From: Myxococcota bacterium
Lineage (GTDB): Bacteria; Myxococcota_C; UBA6777
DNA length: 29,795 bases
NCBI GenBank assembly: GCA_023150835.1
Contig: JAKLKB010000006.1
Location: forward strand, 62,001-91,795
Direction of reading: 5' to 3'
Shown here: piece by piece, positions 1 to 9,817 of the stretch
Layout: every line of letters begins with the position of its first letter
Position numbering within the stretch: the stretch's first letter is position 1
Translations under genes and position numbers: made by a program
The notes under the pieces: model-generated
What the model saw: only the letters and a program-made list of their open reading frames with translations
Told to the model about the DNA's origin: nothing
The model's database searches: none

Positions 1-1329
1 GTTTTTCCATTCGGCGCGGATATCTTGGTATTCGGCGAGGCGGGTATCCAACATCCGCACGATCTTGATGGTGGCTTGCGGGGGTTTGCAATAACGGGGC
101 GGTAGCGCCGAGGTTTTGCACATGGCGTTGAGGCCCATCCGACCTTGGCGAGTCACGCCCGGGACGTTGCGCATGTAGACGTCGATCATGCGGGAATCGC
201 GGTCGTGGCTCACACGCACAGCGTCTCCCCCAAAGGAGCGATCGGCTTCGTCGGCGACGAGTGCTGCCCGAATGGCTTGTTCGACAGCGAGGTCGAGTTG
301 GAGCTTGTCGCTGACGGGCGCTTTCGGTGTTTCGAGCGGTTTGTTTGGATCGATCGTGCCTTTGACTTTCTCGGCGCTCTCGGGAGCCGAGACTTGCAGG
401 CGCTGGATCACGGCTTGGCGCTCGGCGGCGCTCATCATCGGAAACACATTCAGCGCAGCGATGCGTTTGTCCTCGGGCAGTCGGTCGAAAACGTTCACCA
501 TCAAGGTCTTTTGCTTGACGTTAAGACCTTTGAGCCAAGCCTGTGCAGCCGCTTTTTTGTCGGCAGGGAACTGTTCGAGCAGCAGGTCGATCTCGGCCAT
601 CACGCTTGCGATGCGTTGGGTGGCTTCGCGGATCTGAAGCGTTTGCAAGACAAACAAGGGATCAAGATCGATCCGCATCTCAAGGTTTTCAGCGTAGTGA
701 TAGCGCATGTGTGCGCGGCGCACAGGGATCTCTTGTAAAAGCTCGATTCGCACGCCCGTCAATCCGAAGAAAAAGCGGTCGAATTGCATACTCAGGTCGT
801 ATTCCCACATCACATCCAGCACACAACCCACTTCGATGCCGGGCAGATGCGCATGAAAGACTTGGTTTTCTTGCACCGTCTCGACCGCGTCTGTTCCGCG
901 ACTATAGAACTTGACGCGGAGATCTTTGAGGACGCGATCGTCGTATTTCAACACTTTGTTGTTCGGGCAGGTGGCGCGTACGTTGAACTTTTGCAGACGA
1001 TTGAATGGACTCCACACCCCGAATCCACCCGGAAGATACTTAAAGGAAGCGTACTTGAGGCCGCCATGTTTGTTGATGCGGATGCGCTTGTTCATGCGCC
1101 AAAGAGTGGTGCGTTGGGATTGTCCGACTTGTCCCCATCGATGGTAGTATTCGGCTTCCATCCACAAGATCTCGGCATCTGGCATCGTTTGCTTGGAGCC
1201 GAGGGGTTGAAGATCTTTTTGTGTGACGGGTTGAAAGCCCTTAAAACTTGGAATGCAGCCGCTCGCGAGCAAGCCGAACAGCACAAAAGCTGGCCATTGC
1301 CCCGATACGCGGTGTTGTCTCAAACGCAT
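1..1329 (-). CDS. Lipoprotein with DUF3857-like domain (transglutaminase-associated type); 3' end runs off the window
   Basis: Translated by hand: open from ATG 1329 (GGGAG upstream, in-frame TGA just upstream) to position 1 with no stop. Starts MRLRQHRVSGQWPAFVLFGLLASGC (lipobox). HLPGIEVGCVLDVMWEY, LQEIPVRRAHMRY and VYMRNVPGV resemble DUF3857 segments. Absent from the ORF track because its stop is outside the window. Confidence 0.75.
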   Translation of the reverse strand, partial: MRLRQHRVSGQWPAFVLFGLLASGCIPSFKGFQPVTQKDLQPLGSKQTMPDAEILWMEAEYYHRWGQVGQSQRTTLWRMNKRIRINKHGGLKYASFKYLPGGFGVWSPFNRLQKFNVRATCPNNKVLKYDDRVLKDLRVKFYSRGTDAVETVQENQVFHAHLPGIEVGCVLDVMWEYDLSMQFDRFFFGLTGVRIELLQEIPVRRAHMRYHYAENLEMRIDLDPLFVLQTLQIREATQRIASVMAEIDLLLEQFPADKKAAAQAWLKGLNVKQKTLMVNVFDRLPEDKRIAALNVFPMMSAAERQAVIQRLQVSAPESAEKVKGTIDPNKPLETPKAPVSDKLQLDLAVEQAIRAALVADEADRSFGGDAVRVSHDRDSRMIDVYMRNVPGVTRQGRMGLNAMCKTSALPPRYCKPPQATIKIVRMLDTRLAEYQDIRAEWKN

Positions 1330-1603
1330 ACTACTTCACTCCCAAAAGTTGATCCTGACCATCTGTTCGGCAAGATCAACGCTCTCTATGTGGTGCCGAT
1401 AACACAAAAACAGGCGCTACGTTTCGCAAAGTTCGGCAGCTTAGCTTCGTGATCGGAGGCTGTCAAGCCCTCCATGTCTCTGCAAACGCGAACATTTATC
1501 GCAACCCCACACAAAATGCAAATCTGTTTCGTGATGGGGTTGTGTTGTTGTGGGAGGAGGTGGGGGGGGAAGCGAGAGGAAGTGGTGGGGGAAAGCGGGA
1601 GGA

Positions 1604-3532
1604 TTAGGGGGTGTTGCTGCGGTTTTCGATGCCGGTGGCTTGGTCTTTGTTGATGATGTTGAATTCGACGCGGCGGTTGGTGGCGCGATTTTGTTTGGTG
1701 TCGTTGGCGACGATGGGTTTATCGGGTCCGAAACCTTTGGCTTCGAGGCGGCCTTCATCGATACCTTTTTTGATCAAGTACTTGCGAACGGATTTGGCGC
1801 GGCGATCAGAGAGGCCAACGTTGTAGGCACGACGACCACGGTCATCGGTGTGTCCTTCGATACGGACGCGGAGTTCGGGACGGCTTTTGAGGACGGAGAC
1901 GACTTGATCGAGGACGCCAAAGGACTTGCGTTGGATGGTGTCGCGGTTGAAGGCAAAGAAGATCTTTTGGAGGATCTCGATCTTGTCTTTGGTGACTTTG
2001 ACGAGGACGACTTTGGGGCAACCTTGGCGCTCTTTGACGCCCGGGACTTCGGGGCATTTGTCGAGGCGGTCGACGATGCCGTCACCATCGGAGTCTTTGT
2101 CGGGACAGCCTTGGTTTTCTTTGGGGCCGGGCTGATCGGGGCATTTGTCTTCGTTGTCTTTGAGGCCATCGCCGTCTTTGTCGCCCCAAGGACAACCTTG
2201 GTTTTCTTTGGGTCCGGCTTGATCGGGACATTTGTCTTCGTTGTCTTTGACACCGTCGTTGTCTTTGTCACCCCAAGGGCAGCCTTCGTTTTCTTTGGGG
2301 CCGAACTGCGTGGGGCATTTGTCGACGTTGTCGGTCAGCCCGTCGCCATCGGTGTCAGGCCAAGGGCAGCCCTTGTTTTCTTTGGGGCCGGGTTTGTCGG
2401 GGCATTTGTCAAGGCGATCGACGATGCCATCGCCATCTTTGTCGGTGTCGGGGCATCCGTCATTTTCGCGAGGTCCGGGTTGTGTGGGGCAACGGTCGTC
2501 TTTGTCGAGGATGCCGTCGCCATCGGTATCACGGACTTTGGGAGACCAGACTACGCCGAAGAACACGCGGAAAAGAGGCGAGCCGTATCCCGAAGTGGGA
2601 AAGGGGACACCGATGCCGATCTCAAGGGCGAGATCAGGCTGGCTGAGGGGATAGATGCGTGCGCCGAGATAGGCATCCAGAGGGACTTTTTCGCCCGAAA
2701 AGTCGCGTTCTTGAAAGGCGATGGCTCCCGCGATCTCGCCGATGATATCGAGGCGATCTTTGAGTGCGCTCAAGCGAACGCCCAAGCCATAGCGGAGTTC
2801 GTGTTCGAGTTCGAGGTTGAGGAAGTAAGAGCGGGGCATATAGCGGTAGCCGATGTTGAGGCCGATATGAGCGATGCCGACTTGGACGCTGAGCATGACG
2901 TCAGCATCGAAGCTCACGCTGTTTTCGCCGCCGAGTTTGTCGGGTGTTGCGAGACTTGAGGGGATACCGAGGGCGAGGCGAAAAGCGAGGTTGACGTAAT
3001 GTTTGTCTTGGCGGAGGGCTTGGGCTTTGAGGCCGAGTTTGATATCGCCAAAGGCAAAGCCGCTGAGATCGCGGCCAGCAGTACCAGCAAACAGTGCGGC
3101 GTTGTTGGGGACGCTGCCGTCTTGGTAGATCGAAAGGGGGATGGTGAGGTACACATCCAACCAGTCCAAGATCCCAAAGCCCCCCATGATATCGGCCCCG
3201 ACTTGATGGTTGAGGATGCCCGTGCTATCGCGGCTTCCGTCGGCGCGGGGAGTTCCGCGCAAGACCAGCGGGTTGAGGGCGTAGTTGAGGTAGATGCCGG
3301 CCATGTAGTTCATGCGACCGAGGGTGATTCCGGATTGGGTGTGGAACATCCCGTTGATATCGCCCCAAGGACGGAATTGTTGTAGCTGGAACGAGGTGTC
3401 GTAGGTCCGACTGGTGGTTTGCGCTTGGACGGGAGAGGTTAGCCACGCGCTGCATAAGAACAGAGCAGACAAGAGCCATCCAGCGCGGGTTCGCGTTTTT
3501 CCGCGTTGGGGGGACAAAGAACGAAACAGCAT
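1604..3532 (-). CDS. OmpA-family outer-membrane protein: N-terminal beta-barrel, six TSP3-like Ca-binding repeats, C-terminal OmpA domain (TraB-like architecture)
   Basis: Signal peptide (..PVQA). Six DxDGDGxxDxxDKCPxxPGPKENxGCP repeats. OmpA motifs IEGHTD, N-x2-LS-x2-RA and NRRVEF. AGGAG 9 nt before ATG 3532. Confidence 0.92.
   Translation of the reverse strand: MLFRSLSPQRGKTRTRAGWLLSALFLCSAWLTSPVQAQTTSRTYDTSFQLQQFRPWGDINGMFHTQSGITLGRMNYMAGIYLNYALNPLVLRGTPRADGSRDSTGILNHQVGADIMGGFGILDWLDVYLTIPLSIYQDGSVPNNAALFAGTAGRDLSGFAFGDIKLGLKAQALRQDKHYVNLAFRLALGIPSSLATPDKLGGENSVSFDADVMLSVQVGIAHIGLNIGYRYMPRSYFLNLELEHELRYGLGVRLSALKDRLDIIGEIAGAIAFQERDFSGEKVPLDAYLGARIYPLSQPDLALEIGIGVPFPTSGYGSPLFRVFFGVVWSPKVRDTDGDGILDKDDRCPTQPGPRENDGCPDTDKDGDGIVDRLDKCPDKPGPKENKGCPWPDTDGDGLTDNVDKCPTQFGPKENEGCPWGDKDNDGVKDNEDKCPDQAGPKENQGCPWGDKDGDGLKDNEDKCPDQPGPKENQGCPDKDSDGDGIVDRLDKCPEVPGVKERQGCPKVVLVKVTKDKIEILQKIFFAFNRDTIQRKSFGVLDQVVSVLKSRPELRVRIEGHTDDRGRRAYNVGLSDRRAKSVRKYLIKKGIDEGRLEAKGFGPDKPIVANDTKQNRATNRRVEFNIINKDQATGIENRSNTP
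2010..2530 (-). repeat. Six coding TSP3-like repeats (~87 bp, 29 aa); boundaries approximate
   Basis: Repeated DxDGDG..DKCP..GPKEN.GCP units in the translation. Confidence 0.9.
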
Positions 3533-3931
3533 GATCAATCACTCCTTCATGTTGGGGGGCGTTTTCTTTTCGGAGGGGTCGGGCGCTGTGCGGTGCGTTG
3601 TGACCCCATGATGCGACTTGGACTCAGGGGGTTGGGTCTCTTCCGAAAAGATCAAAAAGGATGCCTCAATTGTTGTGATGCAAAAATATCGTTGTGACGA
3701 GGGAGTCCAAGAATCACCAAAGAATTGCAGAGAACCTTGCGCAACGCAAGTTTCTGTTGGGCGAATGGGGCGTTTTTCGTGCGATCGGTGCGCGTGTTGG
3801 GATGCGATCGGCTGGGGATGGTTTTGTTTCGGGTGGATTTTTTGTGTCGTGGTGTGTGGTGGCTTTGCGTCGCTGGCCGTCTCGGTATGTGTCTCAAAAA
3901 GAGAGCTTGCCTATTTCTGTCAGAAGAGTGA

Positions 3932-4045
3932 TACGATATCCGGGTGATGTACACAGCAAAGGAGAGTACGTAGACGCCCGATTATAGGGCCGCTCCCTGT
4001 AGCTGCCCCTACGTTTTTACGGTAACTCAACGGGCGGATATCGTG
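3932..4045 (-). mobile_element. MITE-like element, family B (TIR TACGAWATCCG, flanking TGA direct repeat) with a degraded internal GTAG-REP
   Basis: TGA-TACGATATCCG...CGGATATCGTG-TGA. Aligns end to end with the reverse complement of 26817..26928. Confidence 0.7.
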
Positions 4046-4058
4046 TGAGACAGTTGAC

Positions 4059-4185
4059 AAAAACCCCCGTGTTCTGGGCATTTCAAGCGACAGAGTTGTT
4101 TGGTTGAAATACGCTGCTCTCTTCGCCTGTATGGGGTCAAGGGGCCTGTGGTCCCTTGTGGGGCGTGGGGCAAAGCCCCACAAAA
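4059..4185 (+). repeat. Structured intergenic repeat family C, copy 1
   Basis: AAAAA-CCCCCGTGTTC..TTCAAGC..GTTGAAA..ATGGGGTCAAGGGG..CCCTTG..GTGGGGCAAAGCCCCACAAAA. Matches four other full copies. Confidence 0.85.
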
Positions 4186-4219
4186 CCCGATCCAGCAGCG
4201 TTGTCCTTCCGAAGGGAGA

Positions 4220-6271
4220 CTAGAGGTGTTTGGGGTGGAGGGCTTGTTGCAAGAGTTCGGGAGCGACGGTGTGGGGGAGGGTGACGCGGAGTTTGGGTTC
4301 GTGCTGCATGGCGCGCTGGATGGCGAACAATGCGGAAGGATTGCGGGCCCATGCGCGGCGTGCGATGCCGTTGTTGACGTCCCAATGCAGCATCATGGCG
4401 AGGCGGCGCTCGGCGTCTGCTGAACCGTCGAGGACAAGGCCAAAACCGCCGTTGATCACTTTTCCCCAACCGACGCCCCCGCCGTTGTGGATGCTAACCC
4501 AAGTGGCTCCACGACAAGCATCTCCGATGACGTTTTGCAGCGCCATATCTGCGCAATGTGCGCTACCATCGTAGATATTGGCGGTTTCGCGGTAGGGCGA
4601 GTCTACGCCGCTGACGTCGTGGTGATCGCGTCCGAGGACGATGGGTTGTTGGATGCGGCCCTCGGCGATGGCTTGGTTGAAAGCACGAGCGATCTCGATC
4701 CGACCCCACGCATCGCTGTAGAGGATGCGTGCTTGGCTTCCGACGACAAGTTGATGGGTGTGTGCTTCGCGGATCCATCGGAGGTTATCGAGGATCTGGG
4801 GCTGGATCTCGGGAGGGGCCTGTTGAAGTTGTCGAGTCAAGACTTGTTCGGCGATCTGGTCGGTGGTGCGGAGGTCTTGGGGATCGCAGCTTGTGGCGAT
4901 CCAGCGGAAGGGGCCAAAGCCGTAATCAAAATAAGACGGACCCATGATATCTTCGACGTAGGACGGGTAAACAAAGCGACCATCTGGACGCAATACGCCC
5001 TCTGCACCGGCTACTTGGGCTTGTACCAAGAAGGCGTTGCCATAATCCCAAAAGTGCATACCGCGCTGTGTCATGCGGCGGATCACCGCAAAGTGCCGAC
5101 GCAGCGAGGCATGAACAGCTTCGCGGAAAGCGGCGGGATCTTCTTGGATCATGCGGTTGGAGGCTTCGAGGGTGTAGCCGACGGGGTAATATCCGCCAGC
5201 ATAGGGGTTGTGCAAGGAAGTTTGATCGGAGCCGAGATCGATCTGGACGCCTTCTTGATCGAGCTTTTCGAGGAGATCGACGATATTTCCTTGGTAAGCG
5301 AGAGACAGCGGGATGCGCGAAGATCGGGCTTGTTCGATGCGCCGAAGGATGTGATCGAGATCGTCGGAGGTTTCTTGGACCCAACCTTGTTTGTGGCGTT
5401 TTTGTACGGCAAAGGGGTTGATCTCTGCGATGACTGCGATGGCTCCTGCGATCACGGCAGCCTTGGCTTGTGCGCCACTCATTCCACCAAGCCCCGAAGA
5501 AACAAAAACTTTTCCACGCAGATCCTGTTCGTGGCGGAGGCCGAGATAGAGCCTTCCAGCGTTCAGCAAAGTGATGGTGGTTCCGTGGACGATGCCTTGG
5601 GGGCCGATGTACATAAAGCTACCAGCGGTCATCTGTCCGTACATCGTCACGCCCAAGGCTGCGAGGCGTTCGTACTCTTCGAGGCTGCTAAAGTGCGGAA
5701 GCACCATACCGTTGGCGATCACAAGGCGCGGTGCATCGCGATGAGAGGGGAAAAGGCCCAAGGGATGGCCCGAATAGAGGACGAGCGTTTGTTCTTCGGT
5801 CATCTCGGAGAGGTAGTGCATGGTCAGGCGGTACTGTGCCCAGTTTTGGAAGGCTGACCCGTTGCCGCCGTAAGTGACGAGTTCATGGGGATGTTGAGCA
5901 ACAGCAGGGTCGAGATTGTTTTGGATCATCATCATGATCGCGGCGGCTTGTGGGCAGCGTGCGGGGTAGGAGGGGAGTGGATGGGCTTTCATGGGGTATT
6001 GTGTTGGGCGAAAGCGGCGGGCGTAGATGCGGCCCTCTTTGAGCAGTTCTTGGGCGAGTTCGGGCGCAAGAGCGGGGTGCATCGAAGGCGGGAAGTAGCG
6101 CAGGGCATTTTGAAGGGCAAGTTTGCGATCGGCTTCGGATAATGCGGGGTGACGGGGAGGGGCGTGGCTGATCTGATCGTCCCATGCGGGTGTTTCGGGA
6201 AGGGCGGGCGGGATACCTTCTGCGATATGTTTGGCGAGTGTGTCCATCTCAATCGTCCGATCTTGTGGCAA
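4220..6271 (-). CDS. hutU: Urocanate hydratase, long (~680 aa) type
   Basis: Motifs NNLDPAVAQHPHELVTYGGNG, MYGQMTAGSFMYIGPQGIVHGT, GLGGMSGAQ, SDQTSLHN, GRDHHDVSG and HNGGGVGWG. An alternative start is ATG 6247. Confidence 0.96.
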   Translation of the reverse strand: MPQDRTIEMDTLAKHIAEGIPPALPETPAWDDQISHAPPRHPALSEADRKLALQNALRYFPPSMHPALAPELAQELLKEGRIYARRFRPTQYPMKAHPLPSYPARCPQAAAIMMMIQNNLDPAVAQHPHELVTYGGNGSAFQNWAQYRLTMHYLSEMTEEQTLVLYSGHPLGLFPSHRDAPRLVIANGMVLPHFSSLEEYERLAALGVTMYGQMTAGSFMYIGPQGIVHGTTITLLNAGRLYLGLRHEQDLRGKVFVSSGLGGMSGAQAKAAVIAGAIAVIAEINPFAVQKRHKQGWVQETSDDLDHILRRIEQARSSRIPLSLAYQGNIVDLLEKLDQEGVQIDLGSDQTSLHNPYAGGYYPVGYTLEASNRMIQEDPAAFREAVHASLRRHFAVIRRMTQRGMHFWDYGNAFLVQAQVAGAEGVLRPDGRFVYPSYVEDIMGPSYFDYGFGPFRWIATSCDPQDLRTTDQIAEQVLTRQLQQAPPEIQPQILDNLRWIREAHTHQLVVGSQARILYSDAWGRIEIARAFNQAIAEGRIQQPIVLGRDHHDVSGVDSPYRETANIYDGSAHCADMALQNVIGDACRGATWVSIHNGGGVGWGKVINGGFGLVLDGSADAERRLAMMLHWDVNNGIARRAWARNPSALFAIQRAMQHEPKLRVTLPHTVAPELLQQALHPKHL

Positions 6272-6425
6272 AAAGAACCGGTTGGGGGTTCATGATATCG
6301 GGGCATTGGTTTCGTGTGGAAGAGGCGGATATATGGGGCGAAGATGCGAGATTTTCAGTCGGTCGCACGGTGCAAAGCAGGCTGATAGACGGCCTGCTTA
6401 CAGCGACGGTCGGGCATCCCTGCCT

Positions 6426-7916
6426 TTAGCGAGGTGTGGGGCGCGAGGCGGGTTGAGAGGTCGGTGCGTTGCGGACAGCGGGTCGCGTGGGTTGAGAGGT
6501 CGGTTCTTGCGTGCGTACAGGGGCAGGTTGTGTTGCGGGGAGCGCTGTCCGTTCGATCGGGGCGACGCGCACAAGGGCGGGCTGTGTTGCGGGGAGTGCG
6601 GTGCGCTCGACGGGTGCGGTGCGTTGGATGGTGGCTTTGCGCTCGACGGGTGCGGTGCGTTGGATGGTGGCTTTGCGCTCGACGGGTGCGGTGCGTTGGA
6701 TGGTGGCTTTGCGCTGGATGGTGGCTTTGCGCTCGATGGGGGTTGTGCGTTGGACAGGTTCGGTGCGCTGGATGGTGGCTTTGCGCTCGATGGGGGTTGT
6801 GTGTTGGATGGGAGCGGGCTGGGTGGAGGGTGGATCTTCGCGGTGATCGTTGGGTGTATCTTCGCGGTGGCTTGGGGGGATAAGTTCGGGGTCGATGAGG
6901 ATGGGGCGAGCGAGAGGACGGGGGCGGTGATCGTTGGGTTGTTCGTGGTGGGAGAGTGAGGTGGTGTAGATCTTTTTGTTGTCGTAGCGGCCAGCCATGT
7001 ATCCGAGGAAGAAAGGCAAGAGGATGAGGAGCGCATAGAAGAAGTAGGCTTCGGGGCGATCGGCGAGAGATTGCCAGCTTTCTTGGGAGGGTGGAGGGGG
7101 GGGTTGTGCGGAGGGGGATTCGGATGTTGCGGGTTCGGTGGTCTCGGTGGCAAGGGGGCCATAGAAAAGGATCTGGGTGGTGACGTTGTCATTGCCGCCG
7201 TTGTCGTTGGCCATTTTGACGAGTGTTTCGACCGCTTCTTGCGCGGTTTTGGCCGAGGCAAGAACATTTTTGATATCTTCGTCTTCGACTTCTCCGTGGA
7301 GGCCGTCGGAGCATAGGAGGATGCGATCGCCTTCAAGGAGTTTCCAAGGGGGGGCCATGACTTCGACGTAGAGGGGGAATTCGCTTCCGAGGACACGAGA
7401 GAGGACGTTTTGACGGGGGTGATTTTTGGCTTCTTCTTCGGTGAGGATGCCGGCTTCGACAAGTCGTTGGACGGCGCTGTGATCGCGGGTCATGCGGTGG
7501 AGCTTGCCTTTTCGCCACATATACATACGGCTATCGCCGACGTGAGCGGCGAACAGGTAGCCGTTTTGAACCATACACATCACGCATGTGGTTCCCATGC
7601 CTGTGAGGGAATGGTCTTCGCCGGCTTTTTGGAGGATGGCGTTTGCGGCTTGTTCGATGGCTTCGCGCAAAGCGACATCAGGTTCCATGTTGGGTTCGTC
7701 TTGGAAGTAGGAAACGATCTCTTGGACAGCGATCCGCGAGGCGACTTGTCCGCCGCTTGCGCCCCCCATGCCATCAGCGACCACCAACAGGTGTCCTCCT
7801 TGGTAAGGGATCTTGGTCAGTTGGAGTCGGGCGACAGAGTCTTGGTTTTCGTAACGACGTCTGCCGACATCGGACATCTCGAAGATATCAACGGGGGGAG
7901 TTTGTACTTTACGCAT
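6426..7916 (-). CDS. PP2C/PPM-family Ser/Thr phosphatase with one TM helix and a Pro/Thr/Arg-rich repeat tail
   Basis: Motifs SDVGRRRYENQD, VADGMGG, GMGTT, HVGDSR, LLCSDGL and GGNDNVT. TM segment YFFYALLILLPFFLGYMAG. Confidence 0.93.
   Translation of the reverse strand: MRKVQTPPVDIFEMSDVGRRRYENQDSVARLQLTKIPYQGGHLLVVADGMGGASGGQVASRIAVQEIVSYFQDEPNMEPDVALREAIEQAANAILQKAGEDHSLTGMGTTCVMCMVQNGYLFAAHVGDSRMYMWRKGKLHRMTRDHSAVQRLVEAGILTEEEAKNHPRQNVLSRVLGSEFPLYVEVMAPPWKLLEGDRILLCSDGLHGEVEDEDIKNVLASAKTAQEAVETLVKMANDNGGNDNVTTQILFYGPLATETTEPATSESPSAQPPPPPSQESWQSLADRPEAYFFYALLILLPFFLGYMAGRYDNKKIYTTSLSHHEQPNDHRPRPLARPILIDPELIPPSHREDTPNDHREDPPSTQPAPIQHTTPIERKATIQRTEPVQRTTPIERKATIQRKATIQRTAPVERKATIQRTAPVERKATIQRTAPVERTALPATQPALVRVAPIERTALPATQPAPVRTQEPTSQPTRPAVRNAPTSQPASRPTPR
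6500..6820 (-). repeat. Coding tandem repeat, 18-bp units (36-bp higher order: RKATIQ-RTAPVE); boundaries approximate
   Basis: Near-perfect repeats of GCTCGACGGGTGCGGTGCGTTGGATGGTGGCTTTGC. Confidence 0.9.
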
Positions 7917-8212
7917 CCTTGGCCTCTAGATCGAAAGAAAGAACGGGGTGAATGTGGCTCATGTCGGGTACAGAGGGGGGCGCACGAAGCGAAGAGAGCC
8001 ACGGTGAAACGGCGAGTACTCGGCGGATTTGGCACAACGCGCATTTGCGGACAGTCAAGGTTTGTCGGTCGGGGGAGGCCGAACGGTTTGTGGCGCATAA
8101 AACGCGGATAATCGGATGTTTTTTGCCCTTGTATCGCACGCATCTTCTCCAGAATCAAGACGCCCACCGTATCCGCTTCGTGTGGCCTCGTCAAGAACCT
8201 TCGCGACAAAGG

Positions 8213-9238
8213 TTAGGGGACGTCGATGTGGTGGAGGATGTGGAGGAGGATATCGTCGGTGGAAAAGCCGTCGGCTTCGGCTTCATAGGTGAGTGCAATA
8301 CGGTGACGTAAGACATCGCGAGCGACGGCTTTGACATCGTCGGGGGTGGCGTAGCAGCGGCCTTGGAGCAGGGCGTAGGCGCGTGCAGCGATGTTGAGAG
8401 CGAGAGTGGCGCGTGGTGAAGCGCCATAGGCGAGGTAATTTTTGAGGGGACGTGCGGGTCTTGAGCCGCTTTGGGGTCCGAGGGCGATGCGTTCGGGTTC
8501 GCGGGTGCAAAAGATGATATCGAGGAGATACTCTTTGAGTTGGTCGGCGAGGTGGATTTGTCGGATCAGGGCTTGGGCAGCGAGGAGGTGTTCGGGCCGC
8601 ATGATGGGTTGTAGGGGGGGGGGTTGGTGTTCGATCATGCGATCCATGATCATGCGTTCGGCTTGGCGGTTGGGATAGGTGAGGGTGAGTTTGAGCATAA
8701 AGCGGTCGAGTTGGGCTTCGGGGAGGGAATAGGTGCCTTCTTGTTCGACGGGGTTTTGGGTCGCCATGACGAGAAAGGGCCGAGGGAGAGGATAGGTTTG
8801 TTCGCCGATCGTCACTTGTTTTTCTTGCATGGCTTCGAGGAGGGCGGATTGGACTTTGGCGGGGGCGCGGTTGATCTCGTCGGCGAGGATGATGTTCGCA
8901 AAGATCGGCCCGAGCTTGGCTTGAAAGGTTCCGTGTTGGGGCTGGTAGATCAAGGTTCCAAGGAGATCGGCAGGGAGAAGATCAGGGGTGAACTGGATGC
9001 GTTGGAATTGGAGGGAGACGCAGGAAGAAAGCGTTTGAACGGTGAGGGTTTTGGCGAGGCCGGGAACACCTTCAAGGAGCAGATGCCCTCCTGTCAACAT
9101 ACCGATCAACATACGCTCAAGAAGGGGCTTTTGGCCCACGATCACCTTGCCGACCTCTTGGAGCAGTTGTTGGAGAAGGTGGCCGTATTGCTCGACTTGT
9201 CGTTGGATCTCTTGCATCTGTGGGGTGTTTGGCTGCAT
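8213..9238 (-). CDS. moxR: MoxR-family AAA+ ATPase
   Basis: Motifs LLEGVPGLAKT, RIQFTPDLLPAD, LADEINRAPAKVQSALLEAMQE, ATQNPVEQEGTYSLPEAQLDRF and GASPRA. Confidence 0.95.
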   Translation of the reverse strand: MQPNTPQMQEIQRQVEQYGHLLQQLLQEVGKVIVGQKPLLERMLIGMLTGGHLLLEGVPGLAKTLTVQTLSSCVSLQFQRIQFTPDLLPADLLGTLIYQPQHGTFQAKLGPIFANIILADEINRAPAKVQSALLEAMQEKQVTIGEQTYPLPRPFLVMATQNPVEQEGTYSLPEAQLDRFMLKLTLTYPNRQAERMIMDRMIEHQPPPLQPIMRPEHLLAAQALIRQIHLADQLKEYLLDIIFCTREPERIALGPQSGSRPARPLKNYLAYGASPRATLALNIAARAYALLQGRCYATPDDVKAVARDVLRHRIALTYEAEADGFSTDDILLHILHHIDVP

Positions 9239-9289
9239 GGTTCTTTGTCTCTGTGTGTGGTGGAGGCCGAATCCAGTGGGAGGTACGCC

Positions 9290-9331
9290 AAAAAAGAAAA
9301 AGGGAGCAGGTCGATGAAACCTGCTCCCTTT
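9290..9331 (-). terminator. Intrinsic terminator downstream of the RRM gene
   Basis: On the minus strand, stem GGGAGCAGG, 9-nt loop, CCTGCTCCC, followed by a long T-rich run. Confidence 0.8.
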
Positions 9332-9463
9332 GGCGTGTATACGGTTGTGTGTCTTTTGGCAAGGCTTTGAGCCTTTTTCTCGCCAAGGTCTTTTCTAAAA
9401 GAAAGAGACTTCGAGAGACACACAGATCATTTGAACGATCGAGAGGAAGAAGAGAAGCGGATC

Positions 9464-9817
9464 TTAGTAGCGATCACGACCACCACGGAAGTCGCGGCCA
9501 CCGCGATCATTACCGCGATCATTACCGCGATCATTACCGCGATCGCCACCACGAGGACCGCCTTCGCGTTCGCGCTCTTGGGCGAGGTCGACGCGGATGG
9601 AGCGGCCATCAAGCATGGTGTCGTTCATTTGTTCCATGGCATCACGGGCATCGTTCGAGTTTGCGAAAGTGACAAACCCAAAGCCACGCGAACGGCCTGT
9701 TGCACGGTCCCGAACGACCTTTGCTTCTGTGATCTCGCCATACGAGGAAAAGGCTTCTTCAAGACCACGTTCATCAGTTGCCCAAGCCAGCCCGCCTACA
9801 AAGATTTTGTTTGACAT
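9464..9817 (-). CDS. Single-RRM RNA-binding protein with a Gly/Arg/Asp-rich tail
   Basis: RNP2 KIFVGGL and RNP1 [12 protein letters not shown] before ATG 9817. The tail [18 protein letters not shown] comes from 12-bp repeats. Confidence 0.95.
   Translation of the reverse strand: MSNKIFVGGLAWATDERGLEEAFSSYGEITEAKVVRDRATGRSRGFGFVTFANSNDARDAMEQMNDTMLDGRSIRVDLAQEREREGGPRGGDRGNDRGNDRGNDRGGRDFRGGRDRY

Noticed and set aside
145-1452. Plus-strand ORFs 145..738 and 784..1452
   Set aside because: They are antisense shadows of the minus-strand lipoprotein gene 1..1329.
1550-2959. Long antisense ORFs (also 4487..5857, 11070..11978, 12690..13706 and 22783..24609)
   Set aside because: They are codon-aligned shadows of well-supported genes on the opposite strand.
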